From contig NC_043001.1 in NCBI RefSeq assembly GCF_006345805.1, forward strand, positions 126,604,001 to 126,668,000: a DNA stretch of 64,000 nucleotides. The letters run 5' to 3'. The notes beneath the pieces were generated by a model, which did no database searches, had not been told where the DNA came from, and saw only the letters and a program-made list of their open reading frames with translations. The translations under genes were made by a program, and so were the position numbers. This stretch comes from Octopus sinensis. Lineage: Eukaryota. Numbering within the stretch: the stretch's first letter is position 1; each line of letters begins with the position of its first letter. Shown here piece by piece: positions 12,756 through 26,381 of this stretch.

Positions 12756-13130
12756 GTGCAGGAGTGGCTGTGTGGTAAGTAGCTTGCTTACCAACCACAT
12801 TGTTCCGAGTTCTCTCACTGTGTGGCACCTTCTACTATAGCCTCAGGCCGACCAAAGCCTTGTGAGTGGATTTGGTGGACGAAAGCTGGAAGAAGCCCGT
12901 CGTATATATGTATATGTATATATGTGTGTGTGTTTGTGTGTCTGTGTTTGTCCCGGCAACGTCGCTTGACAACCGATGCTGGTGTGTTTATGTCCCCCGT
13001 AACTTAGCGGTTCGGCAAAAGAGACCGATAGACTAGTCTTACAAAGAATAAGTCCTGGGGTCTATTTGCTCGACTAAATGCGGTGCTCTAGCATGGCCAC
13101 ACTCAAAGGACTGAAACAAGTAAAAGAGTA
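12756..13130 (+). mobile_element. SINE family B (CORE-type, tRNA head, internal (TA/TG)n)
   Basis: GCAGGAGTGGCTGTGTGGTAAGTAGCTTGCTTACCAACCAC..GGCCGACCAAAGCCTTGTGAGTGGATTTGG..GACTGAAACAAGTAAAAGAG. Confidence 0.9.
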
Positions 13131-14762
13131 TCTTTCTACTTCATTTTCGTATGCACTACAATACGTTGATCATGTTAACCACCTGCGATAAACTACTCTG
13201 ACATTTTACTTTGCTACTTAGGTTAACTTTCTTCACATTTCCCTTTGAGATGAGTATCACTGGAGTAATTTTCCTCAAAATGACGGCACTCAAGGGTCAG
13301 GTGGTGGTGCTAAACGGAGTGGTAAGTTGAGCCAACCACACATAAGTACAACATAAGCACCCATGTTAGCAAGGGAGGGAGCTTTTGCTTGCTAAAAACG
13401 CAGCAACTAACCTCCCTTAACTCACACCCTCCTCTTTTAAAAAAGGCCCGTTGGATAATGTGGTCCTGTGCGCTCTTCGTATAGAGTAAGGGGCAAATGA
13501 TTGCAGCTGCAATGACTTTGATAATAAGTTCGAACGATCAAGGATTACCTATGGCCGAACAAATCTAAATATAACAGTATTAAGCGAACGATCCGACTAG
13601 AAATATCAGTCACATCTCTCAATTATCAACATCTTATTTGTATTTTAAAATAATGTTTTAGATAATGTGAACCTTTGGCAGATTGAGTGAAAAGAAATGT
13701 GGAATGGTCACGAATGAAAGGTCTTCGAACATACATTTACCTGACCAAACGTGACTGCTGCCTGAGTAAGACCAACACTAATTAGTATCCACGGATCTGT
13801 TGTAATAATTGTTTAAGGTTTAAGCATAAAGAAAACAATTTTGAGATTAGCAGGTTAGATATAACATCAAACCCAGTACTTACAGATACTTTTCCTTTAT
13901 TGGTCTTCCGAAAGGACAAAAAACAAAGTTGACCTCGATGGGATTTCAAATATCGAAATTCAAGAGACAGACGAATTGCTGCTTAGCATTTCGTCCAACG
14001 TTTTGACGCTTTTGCCAGCTCACCGACTCAAGAGGCATTATAATGGTAATACTAACAGAAATAAAACAGATGACATTGGCAAAAATAACTATGACAAAAG
14101 TTAACGGGTGTGCCTTCTAAACCAAGAACTACATAAAATAAATATCCCATCACACACACACACACACACACTCACACACGCATACAACACACACACTGCT
14201 CGGATAGGTCCTTCTACAAGAGGCAGAAAAAATCTCTAAGGGAACCCGCAGATAAAATAGAATAAATAGATAGGCTTTCAAAATTTAACCTAACTACCTT
14301 TATTTCAATGCAATGAAATTACACATACTCAGAGGTTCATATGCACATACACCTGAATACAAGTACAAATAAATAAATACGTTCGTAAACATACACACAG
14401 AGACATGAATACAAACACATATATGTGGGAATAATTGGTGGAAATGCTTTTTTTTTGTGTGCATATTTCAATATATCTAGTTACAAGGTAGTTTTCAGCG
14501 AGAGTATCAAATATGAATTTGAAAAATACTAAAATAATTTAGAACTCTGAAAATTACGTTCAGATGAAAAAGAAAATTGATGGAATGGAAAAATTTAAAC
14601 TAAATCATACAAAATGGATGTTTATATTACCTTTACTCCGGGTCAAAGTATTGATTCAAATCGTAGGCAGACAACTCGTTCGTTGAAAAAAGAATGACAG
14701 AATCTTAGAGTTACGTTTATCTACAAGCAATACATCGGCTCTCTCTCTCTCTCTCTCTTTCT

Positions 14763-14797
<35 letters not shown>

Positions 14798-15034
14798 CCA
14801 CACACACACACACACCCATTTGATTATATTATCGAACTACAAGTATCACCTAATCAGAATGGAAGATTTCCATCATAATCGGCATTAATCCTGCTTTAAT
14901 ACCATATGAATTATATAGGTACACATAAAATACAAACATACTTAAACGCATACAAACATATATACATATACATACATGTATGTGTGTGTATGTGTGTGTG
15001 TGTGTGTGTATGTGTGTGTGTGGTGTGTGTGTCT

Positions 15035-15088
<54 letters not shown>

Positions 15089-15491
15089 ACATGCTGCAGG
15101 GGCTCTGAGTATATTTTGGGTAATAACAGTTTTCATCAAAAACGTTTTCCGACATTCTTCCAGTAACCTAAGATCTGCAGAAATGGCTACACTATGCTTC
15201 GCTGAAGGACCCTAAGAAAACCGGAACATGCAGAGAACATGTAGGGAATTCTCACCGGAGTGCATGCAATCAGGCTCACTTTCCTTTGCTTTTCACATTT
15301 AGTTAATTTTTTGACCAGTATTATTCAGTAAGTTAAAACAATTTTTTCTAACATTCAAATAAAATGTAACTTAATACTTTTCACGTCTTTTTAGCTTACA
15401 TCAAATACGTTAACATCCATTTTTCTATTACTTTCTTCGTATTAATCAATTAATTCCGCCTTTCTTTCGATGCTTCATTTGTTCTTTTCGT

Positions 15492-15680
15492 TGGTGAGCT
15501 AGCAGAATTGTTAGCATGCCGAGAAACATGCTTCGCGACATTTCGTATGTCTTTACATTTTGAGTTCAAATTTCGCCGCAGTCTACTTTTCTTCCATTCG
15601 GAGTCGGTAAAATAACCACTAGTTGAATGCTTGGGTCCCCAAAATTCCTGGCATTGTACTTCGAGTAGAATGGGTATATT
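15492..15680 (+). mobile_element. SINE family A, diverged
   Basis: GGTGAGCTAGCAGAATTGTTAGCATGCCG..GAGTTCAAATTTCGCC. Confidence 0.75.
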
Positions 15681-15699
15681 ATTATTATTATTATTATAT

Positions 15700-15943
15700 G
15701 GTTGACTTTTGCTTTATATTTGTACAAGTTGGCTCCAAGTCTCACCCGGAGACCTCAAGAGACAACAGGTTGGAAGTTCACGTTGTTGTTATGCCTAGTG
15801 TGCCATATATTTGGTTGTTTTTTGTGTTGTACTGGTGGATGTCTAAAAAAAAAATGTTTGTTTTAAACCTTGAGATTACATAGAAAGTATTTTGCGTAGG
15901 ATATGAGCAGTTCCCATGAGCACTATCTTTTGAATTTCTGCCA

Positions 15944-15948
<5 letters not shown>
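15700..15948 (-). mobile_element. 3' end of Dong/R4-type LINE in (TAA)n
   Basis: GAGCAGTTCCCATGAGCACTATCTTTTGAATTTCTGCCAT is shared with the 3' part of the 61795-63838 element (MAEIQKIVLMGTAHILRKIL). Confidence 0.75.
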
Positions 15949-16002
<54 letters not shown>

Positions 16003-16005
<3 letters not shown>

Positions 16006-16230
16006 TAGTTTTATTTTTATAGCGTGCTTTCACTTCACTACCGAGCGCAGCTCTGTGTGCCTTGGGTATGTGCTGTGATTTGTTGTGATGCTCTGATGGT
16101 TATTGTATGGAAAGTGTTCTGCGTAGGATGTGTGCAGTGCCTAGTAGTGCAATTTTCTGTATGTTATATGTGTTTGTAAGTCCTGGTGTTTTTGTTATGT
16201 ATTTGTCTGAATATTTTTTATCATATTTTT
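16003..16230 (-). mobile_element. 3' end of a second Dong/R4-type LINE family with (TAA)n tail
   Basis: Minus translation KYITKTPGLTNTYNIQKIALLGTAHILRRTL; near-identical to 59001-59360. Confidence 0.8.
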
Positions 16231-16286
16231 TTATTATTATTATTATTATATTATTATTATTATATTATTATTATTATTATTATTAA

Positions 16287-16318
<32 letters not shown>

Positions 16319-16343
16319 TATTATTATTATTATTATTATTATT

Positions 16344-16381
<38 letters not shown>

Positions 16382-16387
16382 TATTAA

Positions 16388-16605
16388 GGCGGTGAGCTGG
16401 CAGAATCGTTAGCGCGTCGGGCAACGTGCTTAACGACGTTTCGACCGTCTTTTCATTCTGAGTTCAAATTCCGCCTCTGTCCACCTTTACCTTTCATCCT
16501 TTCGGGGGTCTGTAAAATAACTACCATTTGAATTCTGAGGTCGATATCACTGGTTTACTCACTCACCCAAAATTGCCGGCCCTGTGTCAAAATTTGAAAC
16601 CATTA
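16388..16605 (+). mobile_element. SINE family A
   Basis: GGCGGTGAGCTGGCAGAATCGTTAGC..GAGTTCAAATTCCGCC..CCTTTCATCCTTTCGG. Confidence 0.85.
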
Positions 16606-16929
16606 TTTCTTATCGTTTTTATATTTTACTCAGCTCTTGCTTTACTTACGCAGCTGTGACTATTTGACATAAAACGCATTTGTCTGATTTTAACCCTTTC
16701 TATAGCAGAGTGTACATTTTTATAAATATATAAATCAAACCAAGTAATGCCCTCCTCTTGCTGCTTCATCTCCAAAAGTCAAAGATAAAGAAAAGAGAAA
16801 GTTAAGAAATGTAGAGAAGAAATATGAAAATAACTACATCATTCCAACCTGATTCTTATTACACCAAGCTGTTTCTTTGGCCGGAACGAGTACAGACTCT
16901 TCTCGAAAGTATACACACCACACATAAAA

Positions 16930-17000
<71 letters not shown>

Positions 17001-17032
17001 CATAGATAGATAGATAGATAGATAGATAGATT

Positions 17033-17076
<44 letters not shown>

Positions 17077-17077
17077 C

Positions 17078-17127
<50 letters not shown>

Positions 17128-17128
17128 T

Positions 17129-17192
<64 letters not shown>
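16930..17192. repeat. (GATA)n microsatellite
   Basis: Direct reading. Confidence 0.95.
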
Positions 17193-17819
17193 TAGTTATT
17201 CATATACATATACGTATGTGTGTATGTATATATATATATATATGCACACACGTATGTATGTATGTACCTACGTATATCTGTATGTATGGATATACACATA
17301 GAACCTCACGTACACACATATTGTATTAGTTTCTCTCAATTTCCTTAATGCGTTCTACATATAAGAGGTCACATGGTTACATGTTCCACACAATAACAAT
17401 AACAGTCGGCACCCTACAAGCCACACCAATTCAACTTCCTCGTTTCTAACAGGTTACTGTTTTTAGTAGATGGCCCGATGGACCCCTACAAACTCTTTTG
17501 ATCGTTTCTACACCTTGCTTTTTAACTAATGATTCCGCACATTTACTTACGACTTATGATATAAGTATGAATGGTTGGACTCCTCTGTATTCGAGAGTGC
17601 GTTTGTAAGGGGAGAAGTAAAAGAGGGAGAAAGAAATAAAGATACAATTTTGTTCTAAATTTAGCATAAGTAAATTGTCTATGACCGGATATCTACATTT
17701 TCCACATCTGCTGACTGTGTTTTCGAAATGCTGTATATTTTTTAACCATACAAACACACAAAAATTAACACGGAAACGAATGGAATTTTTATGCGAGAAA
17801 AGATTGCGACAACTGGTTT

Positions 17820-18830
17820 AAGCAAAAGACAAAACATTTTTTGGTATTTCTTCTGGATCTTTAAGTTCTGAGTTCAAATCCCATCAAATGAATTTTTCTT
17901 TTCCGTTTCGTGGTCGATAAAATAAAGTGTCAGTCAAATACTAGGCCAATAGTAACGACTGGCTCCTCTCCTTAAATTGCTAGTTTGTGGCAGTTATTGT
18001 TGTTGTTAAGAAGGTGAGCTGGCAGAACCGTTAGCACGCAGGACAAAATGATTAGTGGTGTTGCGCCTGTCTTTATGTTCTGAGTTCTAATTCCGCCGAG
18101 GGGGATTTTGCCTTCCATCCTTTCGAGGTCGATAAAACAAGAACTAGGGTCGATGTAATCGACTACCCACTCCCCTCAAAATTTCAAACCTCGTGCCTAT
18201 AGTAGAAAGAGATTATTGGCGAGCTGGCAGAAACGTTAGCACTCCGGGTAAAATGCTTAGCAGTATTTCGTCTGTCTTTACGTCTGAGTTCAAATTCCGC
18301 CGAGGTCGACTTTGCCTTTCATCTTTTCGGGATCGATAAATTAAGTACTAGTGCGTACTGGGGTCGATCTGATCGACTGGCCCCCATTCCCTCCAAATTT
18401 CGGGCCTTGTGCCGAGAGTAATAAAGAAAAGATTATTATTGTTGTTAAGGCGGCGAGCTGACATGCCCTCGGACAAAATACTTAGTGACATTTCGTCTCT
18501 GTCTTTGTGTTCTGCGCTCACATTCCGCCGAGGTCGACTTTGCCGTTCGTCATTTCAAGGTTGATGAAAGTACTGAGGCCGATGTAATATGCTAACCCCT
18601 CCGCCTCAAAACTATTGGCCCTGTGCCAAAACTGGAAGCCATAATATTGTTGTTAAGGCGGCGATCTGACAGAATCGTTAGCGCACCGATTAAAAAGCTT
18701 CGCAGACTCTCTTTCGGGTCTGAGTTCAAATTTTGCAGATGTCGACTTAGTTTTTCATCGTTTCATGATGGATAAGATAAGTACCAGTTTAGCAGTGGGG
18801 TCTTCATCCTCTCAAACTTGCTCGCCTTGT
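17820..18830 (+). mobile_element. Head-to-tail cluster of about 5 SINE family A copies
   Basis: Repeated GAGCTGGCAGAA/GGCGAGCTGAC heads at ~18011, 18218, 18449 and 18657, plus a decayed copy at ~17820. Confidence 0.85.
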
Positions 18831-20117
18831 GGCAGAGAGAAAGACGGGCAACTGAATCAGATGAAACAAGGGCAAAGCAACTGAAACACATGTTTCTGCT
18901 ACACATGACCGATTGGTTAGGGTATCTCGAGAGGAGAATATTCTACTTCAAAATAATCGTTTCGGATCACAAATTGTTGATGCAACACTAAAGGGACCTT
19001 TTCTTTGCGATCATGTAGAATTAGTGAAGTGGACAGCCAATCTAAGACTTCTTACAAAAGGTAATTCTGATGAAAGAGAGTCTGCTGAGTACCTTCTTGA
19101 TGTAGGAAATGGTAACATTTCTGTTGAACAAAGCCTAGGTGAATTCAAAATCAAACTACCCAGCGACTCTTGCCTTGAAAGTGGTACTCTTTCAGATCTA
19201 TGTGATTTTGCATATGCTGACTTCAAAAATAACTTCACAAACCCTGTGTGGCTTGCAAGTAGAACCATTGTTACCCCAACAAATGAAACAGCACAATTTG
19301 TGAATGATTTTTTGTTCACCGGGAACCCTGGTAAGCTAAAAAAAATATACAGAAGCTCAGATACAGTTGATAATGAAACTCTGTACCCATCAGGGTTTCC
19401 ACCAGATATTCTCAAACTGAAGAAAAAATAATGCATAATGCTTCTGAGAAATTTAGATGCTTCTAATGGACATTGTAACAGCACACGCTACATCATTGTT
19501 AGTTTACATGATGATGTAATTGAGGCTGAGGTTGCTTCTGGTCCTTATGCAGGATCAACTCTGCTAGTCCCAAGAATATCACATGTGTCTTAAGAAATGA
19601 AATTTCCATTCATGTTTATACGCAAACAATTTCCTGTCAAGCGAGCTTCTGCCTCAACGTGCAACAAGGCACAAGGACAGACTTTGGACCAAATTGGAAT
19701 ATATCTTCCGACACAATTCTTCTTACATGGTCAGCTGTATGTTGCATTATCTAGAGTTCGAAAGAAGCCTAATGTAAAAATATTGGCTGAGAGAAATGGA
19801 AACAGTATGATTACCGACAATTGTGTCTACAAAGAGATACCATATTACAGCAAAATATGCTTTTTTTTAGCAAGTCTCAGTAAATAGAATTAACACATAA
19901 ATTATATGTAAAGTAACATATATTTGTGTGGAATTAAATTGTTTTGGCATATCTCAACATATGCTGAATGAATGATATCGTTATATTAGATCATTTTAAA
20001 TTTGGGTATATTTGAAAAAGTAAGGAAACGCCATACCCATGTGTTCTTATAGCACCAGACTTTTATGTGTGTGTGTGTGTGTGTGCGTGTGCGTGTGCGT
20101 GTGTGTGTGTGTGTGTG

Positions 20118-20155
<38 letters not shown>

Positions 20156-20434
20156 ATCCATCCACCTATGCACACCTATGTAAGTTCTACCAATTATTAA
20201 TGTAAGTTCTACCAGTTATTAATGATAAATATATATAACAGATTGACTCTAAAAAAGAGAGATTATGGCTGTGATAAAATAATGAAAGCAGTATTTACTA
20301 AGCAATTGAGCACTATCATACAAAGAAATAATTAGACGTAAAATATCATAAAAATTATTAGACTTGGGGATCAAATGTGGCAATATTATGGAGTGGATAG
20401 CAGAAAACCGCCCGGAGGGCGGTCTTTCTACTAG
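18830..20434 (+). mobile_element. Helitron remnant (internally deleted) with intact 3' terminus
   Basis: PIF1-like helicase fragment, then GC hairpin ACCGCCCGGAGGGCGGT (20407-20423) followed by CTAG|T at 20431-20435. Confidence 0.85.
18913..19850 (+). pseudogene. PIF1-family (Helitron) helicase C-terminal fragment, disrupted
   Basis: YLLDVGNG, RTIVTPTN, PSGFPPDILKLK, MLLRNLDASNGHCNSTRY, RKQFPV..NKAQGQTL..HGQLYVALSRV; in-frame stops at ~19431 and ~19593. Confidence 0.9.
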
Positions 20435-20550
20435 TGTATATGTATGTATGTATACGTTAAGTAAAGCGCGCGCGTATATACTTTCTCACATAGCTCCTCC
20501 CTTCTCCTCACACACACATACACAGTCACACTGTCTCTTTCTCTTTCTAA

Positions 20551-20599
<49 letters not shown>

Positions 20600-21249
20600 C
20601 CACCTCTAAAGCACAAATGTTGGTAAAGTGATAACTCAATACATTCCAATACACATAAAAATAGAAAATCAAATCTCTGGCTTCCACACTTAAAAATCAC
20701 CCTCACCTCTGCTCTCAGAACGCTACGCATATGCACGCGCACGAAAATTATTCCCTATTGCATGTGTACGATAAACAAGATTATCAGTACACTACACGTA
20801 TATGCACGACTAAAGGCGCACATAAAGATATACGTATACATATACACGTGTATAGACATACAGGCATATTGTTAAAATCTGTACAGGCATGCGCACAAAT
20901 AACAATGCGTACATTTGTATGTCTGTCTAGACTGGTTTTTCACGGGGAAATGCCATTGTTCGTGTAACGTATTGCTAGACATGTTGTGTTGATGGAAACA
21001 ATAGCTTTACAACGTCATATCATGCCTGTGTGTAATATTTCCCATAGACTGGGCAATGAATGAAGAATGATTAGATAAACAATGAAACGGTGACAGACAT
21101 GCAGATAGACAGAGTGACAGAGTGACACGGAGGAATGGAAGAAGAGAGGGTAAAAACTAGTGATAACCAAATCAATACTAATTGCAGTACCTGGCCTTGC
21201 CTGCATTTTTCTTTTGTTTATTCTGACGTAGAGGTCAGACCTAATGTTC

Positions 21250-21412
21250 AGACGTGGCTGTGTGATAAGAAGCTTCCTTCTCAACCACATGGTCCGGGTT
21301 CGGTCCTACTGCGTGGCACCTTCAGCAATAATGTCTTCTACAATAGCCTCCGGCCGACCAAAGCCTTGTGTGTGGATTTGGTAGGCGGAAACTGAAAAAA
21401 GCCCGTCGTATA
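21250..21412 (+). mobile_element. SINE family B head/CORE
   Basis: GTGGCTGTGTGATAAGAAGCTT..GGGTTCGGTCCTACTGCGTGGCACC..GGCCGACCAAAGCCTTG. Confidence 0.85.
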
Positions 21413-21469
21413 TATAGATATACATATAGGTTAGGGTTAGGGTTAGGATTTGGCTTAGGATTTTCATCC

Positions 21470-21990
21470 GCCCATTTTTCAACGGGGCGTTAGGCTCAAT
21501 TCAGACGGCTATGTGACGCTGCTGAAGACTGGTCAAGCCCTAGCTGGAGTGAGCTGCTACTGCACAGCCATATGTGTGGGAGGAAAATTCGAATCTTTGC
21601 CATATCTCCGGAAAGAATCAGAAGTGGTTGTCAGACTTCACCAGCCCCGATTTCTGACCTTCTAATTTCCACTATTGTTATCCCGTGGATTGCTGTGTGG
21701 GGCACGCGATTGAAAAAACAATCGCTCAGCTTGCAACTCTAAGGCGGGGCTAATGGCCAAGATCAATAGTTGTTCGCAGATCTTCCCAAGGACACAGTCA
21801 GGAATGCATTCAGCGGGTTTCTGGTGCTGTGCTGAGGTTGTAGTGGTAGTTGAGGGCGGCTACATTGAGAAAACTTAACTGAGCCATAATTTAATAGACA
21901 GTTTCTGATATTTTAAAATTAATTTATTTTTGGTTAGGTTATTGTATTTCTTTTTCCTTTCATGAAAAGAGTCAAATTTAGACGTGTATA
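21470..21990 (+). mobile_element. Tc1/mariner-superfamily transposase relic (3' part)
   Basis: Decayed translation PYVW..CHISGKNQKWLS..DF*PSNFHYCYPVDCCVG..VVVVEGGYIE matches the WQQD..WPPNSPDCNPxD..EAEGGYFE pattern. Confidence 0.7.
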
Positions 21991-21999
21991 CATATATCA

Positions 22000-22033
<34 letters not shown>

Positions 22034-22067
22034 TGTGTTTGTGCGTGTGTGTTTGTGTGCGTGTACA

Positions 22068-22200
22068 GGTTCCGTATACCAAATTTAATCACAATATATT
22101 GGTTGGCTCGGCACTATAGTAAAGGACACTTGCCTAAGTTGCCACGCAGTGGGACTGAACTCGAAATCACATGGTCGTAAAGTGAGATTCTTAACCTCAC
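22068..22200 (-). mobile_element. SINE family B fragment
   Basis: GACACTTGCCTAAGTTGCCACGCAGTGGGACTGAAC. Confidence 0.75.
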
Positions 22201-22566
22201 ATGCACACACGCACGAACGCACGCACACATATGCACACACACACGCACACACGCGCACGCGCACATACACACACAAAAGGAAACGCATACGCAAACACAC
22301 ATGCACACACGCGCATACGTGCACACACATACACGCATGCACACTCACATACACACATGCACACACACACTTACACGCACACACACGCGCACACTTATAC
22401 GCACACACACTCGCACACACACACACACCAATACGTGCACGCAGACAAAAACTATGAAAAACGTTTTTAAAATATTTTTCGTTCATTCGTCAATGGAAAA
22501 GAAATTAGAGTAATTAAGAAAATATATAGTGGGCCACTTATATATACATACATGTCTCTATATATA

Positions 22567-22602
<36 letters not shown>

Positions 22603-24542
22603 ACTAGAGAGAAGAATTTGCAAAATATTGGAAATAAGAACGTGAAAAAGGGACGGTTTGTAGTGAAGGAAAAGCGGGAGAAAGAGAGAGTATTTGAGAA
22701 AAGAAAGGAGGAGAATGGATTGCTAAGGAAATGATGTCATCACCTCAGTTGATGTCATTTGTCACGGTGGATATATTCTATAGCTGCAGGGCATCTGAAA
22801 GGAATTTTATCAGTGGTGGCAGAAAGGATCCTTCTCGTGTCCCCCTCCTGGTATATGAACATTAGTCTTTAATATCGGCATGGGACCTCAGAAAATTCTG
22901 AGGACTTAGGTATTATATATCCCCCTGCACGATCGATCAAATAAGCCCCTGTATAGCTGCACTGTAACTGATTTAATAGCACACAGGGATACATATGATG
23001 ATGATGGTGGCGGTGGTGGTAGAAGAAAAGGTGTTGCTGTTGTTATTGTTGGTGGTGGTATTGATGCTGGTGCTTGTGGCGATGGTATAAAACTTCATGT
23101 CATGGATGATCTACAATTCATATCATTAAATGTAATCCACTCGTCTTGTTAGTGACATGTAGAACTGCATAATCTACATGATGCCTTTTGCATCATTAAA
23201 GAGGGATTTAAGGAAGATCCAGTTACCATTACTAGCAGATCAAACAACCATATAAAATAGTGCTTCTCAAAACTATCACCTACTTTCTTTTACTAACACC
23301 ATTTCAACGCTTCCGTGTTACGATTCAACAGAATTTAATACGCCACAAAAATAAAAGTACTACCGATAGGTTGATCATCATTGAAAGTCTACCTGCATAG
23401 ACTATTTCTTGCAGCCAGAATTATGGTGATATAAATGATTAAAAACACTAACAACAAGTTGCTGCAACTTTTTTCATTTGCAATTCCTCACTCAGCATTC
23501 GTTGGCAGGAGCTTAGATAATGTAGAATATTTTCATAGCAAATATGAGGTCTTTGTTTAACCGAATAGAATTTATAGCAATATAATAGCTGTTTGAATTT
23601 AGTATATTTCCCATCTTTCAAATTTTTGAACCAGTCGACTGTATCTGACCATAAAATCTAACTTTAGATTTTAGAGTAGATAATACCGTATTATTCTGTT
23701 GTGTCTGAGGAGAGTCACTTTTTTGTGCCTTATAATGTAACACACTCAAGACTATTGAAAAGGTTGCAAGACTCAACGAAAATTTTAGGAAAATAAAAAT
23801 AAGAAATAAGTGAAAATTTTACCGGTGAGTGTGTTACATTATAAGGCACAAAAAGAAAATGACTCTCCCCAGACACAACAGAATATGCTTCAACACACGA
23901 ACTCATATAAAGAATCTTGCAAACCAAATCCAAAAACGAAATACAGTATTATTTCCTTTGCTAATCCTGCCTATGCCTGATTTGGGCAGGCATATTAATC
24001 CATCAGTGGGTTTACATTTGAAAGTATTTCTGAAGATTAAAGCAATTATAACATCTATCATCCACTAATGCCCTGTTTGTCTGCAGTACCCATATAAAAA
24101 GCTCCGGCATCCCGCTCCTCGTAGAGAGTGGCAAAGCCAACATGGAGAATGGTTTACATAGTCTCTCTCTAGATGTTTCGCTTGTGGTGGTGTTGCTAAT
24201 AGTGGCATTATTAAAAGATGATGCGTGGGTGACTCGAAGGTGTACCAATATCGTTGCTATTGTTTTTATTGCTGTTGTTAATTAGACCCAGAACGTTTCT
24301 CATAGAATTCCAACTAGAAACATTGTTGTTGTTTTTTTTACATAAATTACTCCACTTACGATGGCATTTTGTGTTCTCTCTCGTTAGTTTTGATGTAAAA
24401 TTTGGATATGTATATACACGTGCAGACACTGACACAGACACACACACAGGCACACACACACACACACACACACATACACACACAAACTCACACACACTCA
24501 CATACACACACATACACATACTTACACACACACACACACACA

Positions 24543-24577
<35 letters not shown>

Positions 24578-24579
<2 letters not shown>

Positions 24580-24735
24580 GACGGGCTTCTTTCAGTTTCC
24601 GTCTACCAAATTCACTCCCATGGCTTCGGTCAACCAGAGGCTATAGTAGAAGACACTTGCCCAAAGTACCGCGAAGTGGGACTGAACCCAGAATTATGTG
24701 ATTGGAAAGCAAACTTCTTGCCACAAAGCCACGTA
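24578..24735 (-). mobile_element. SINE family B head/CORE
   Basis: CGACGGGCTTCTTTCAGTTTCCGTCTACCAAAT..GACACTTGCCCAAAGTACC. Confidence 0.85.
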
Positions 24736-25839
24736 CTATGTATTTTTGTGCATGTATGTGTACTGGGGTCGCTGTAGTCGACTTGCTCGCTCACCCGAAT
24801 TTGATGGCCTTGTGCCACAATTTGAAATCAATATTTCTATAAATTCCTGTATTCATTTTCAAACTGTCTTCTCGAATAATAAAGTAGTGTTGAAGAGGTA
24901 TTTTCGTTTCTCTTCTTTTCGTTGTATATATTTATTTATGTATTTATTTATTCATATATTCAAATGTGTCATTCCACTTCAACGCTGTATATTTCCATCC
25001 ATTTCGTTTTATACGCTAGCCGTATCATTTATACCAGCGTGAACAGATCATTTTGCTAAAAAATATAATAGATCACCATTGTTTAACCTTTGCCCCATAA
25101 CCAATAAAACTCTGTGTGTCTGAGTGTTGTCACACTCCTCTCTCTTGCTCACTCTTTCCTCTTCCTTCTCTTCTCTCTCCCTCCCTCTCTCCCTTTCTAT
25201 CACTGTTTATTCCAGCTACATATCCTATACAGATGTTCCGATTTCGTTTGACTCTTAATGTGTGTGATTGTATGTGAGTCTAAGAGTATGCGCATGTGTG
25301 TGCGCGTGGTGTCTGTATTTGGTGTTTCTGTGTGGTATGAGCAGCTGTTAGCAATTAACTAATTATATTCATATTAAAAACAAAAGTGAATTACTGACTT
25401 CTTCACTGCTTCAGTGATCATTTTCAGTTCCTTCACTCCCAGAGTAAAATATCCAGATATTGATCAGTCTATCGATCTGTCCGTCTGCCTGTCTATCTTT
25501 CTGTTTGCCCCCCCACCCTGTGCGTGTGAGTGTGTGTGTGTTAATAGGTGTGTGCGTTTATATATTATGGATTAACAAAGCAACCAATGGTTTCATGCGA
25601 AGTGATCTTCACAATTGGTCAAACGTTCCATATGAAAGTGTTTATACTCATCTCCATTTTGGATGAGAATAAGCGAGGTTACAAAACTCTGAACGAAGTT
25701 TCAAAATGAATATACACATCACGGGAGGTTACTTATATGAATATGTTAAATGGGTTTCTCTTTGAAAACGACGTATGAGCGTGCAGTAATGAGAACAGAA
25801 GCAACTCCCACGAACTTGAACTAATAATATAATATAGTA

Positions 25840-26050
25840 AGGCATCTAGCTGGCAGAATCGTTAGCATGCCGAGCAAAATGATTAGCAGTATTCGTCCGT
25901 CTGTATGTTGTGAGTTCAGATTCCACTGAGGTCGACTTTGACTTTCAACCTTTCGGAGTCGATAAAATAAGTACCAGTTGAGTACTAGGGTTGCCATAAT
26001 CATCTTACTCCCTGCTCCGAAATTGCTGGTCTTGTGCCAACATTTGAAAC
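25840..26050 (+). mobile_element. SINE family A
   Basis: AGCTGGCAGAATCGTTAGCATGCCG..GAGGTCGACTTTGACTTTCAACCTTTCGGAGTCGATAAAATAAGTACC. Confidence 0.85.
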
Positions 26051-26381
26051 TAATAGTATAATATAGTGTAATATATTATATGAGAAACAGATATGACTAA
26101 TAACATTCCATATGAAACATATATTTATGACCCTTAAACTACACCATTGATTTGAGTATCTAACGTTTACTTTCTATTATTAAAAATACTAACTTTCATT
26201 GAGTTTCAGCAAGAAAAAAAATTGTGGATACATATGTAGTGTGAAGTAAGCGTATTGGCATATTTGTGATATGAAATATTTATGATAAAAAGTGTTCGCG
26301 TCTGTTTAAAGTACCAAAGCAAAAGGCAGGCCTTAGTAAGAATAAGCTTTAAGTAGTTTAAATCCATTTTAGGTTTATATA

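Noticed and set aside
21427-21460. (TTAGGG)3 telomere-like repeat
   Set aside because: Only about 3 units, attached to a SINE's internal microsatellite; not evidence for a telomere or fusion site
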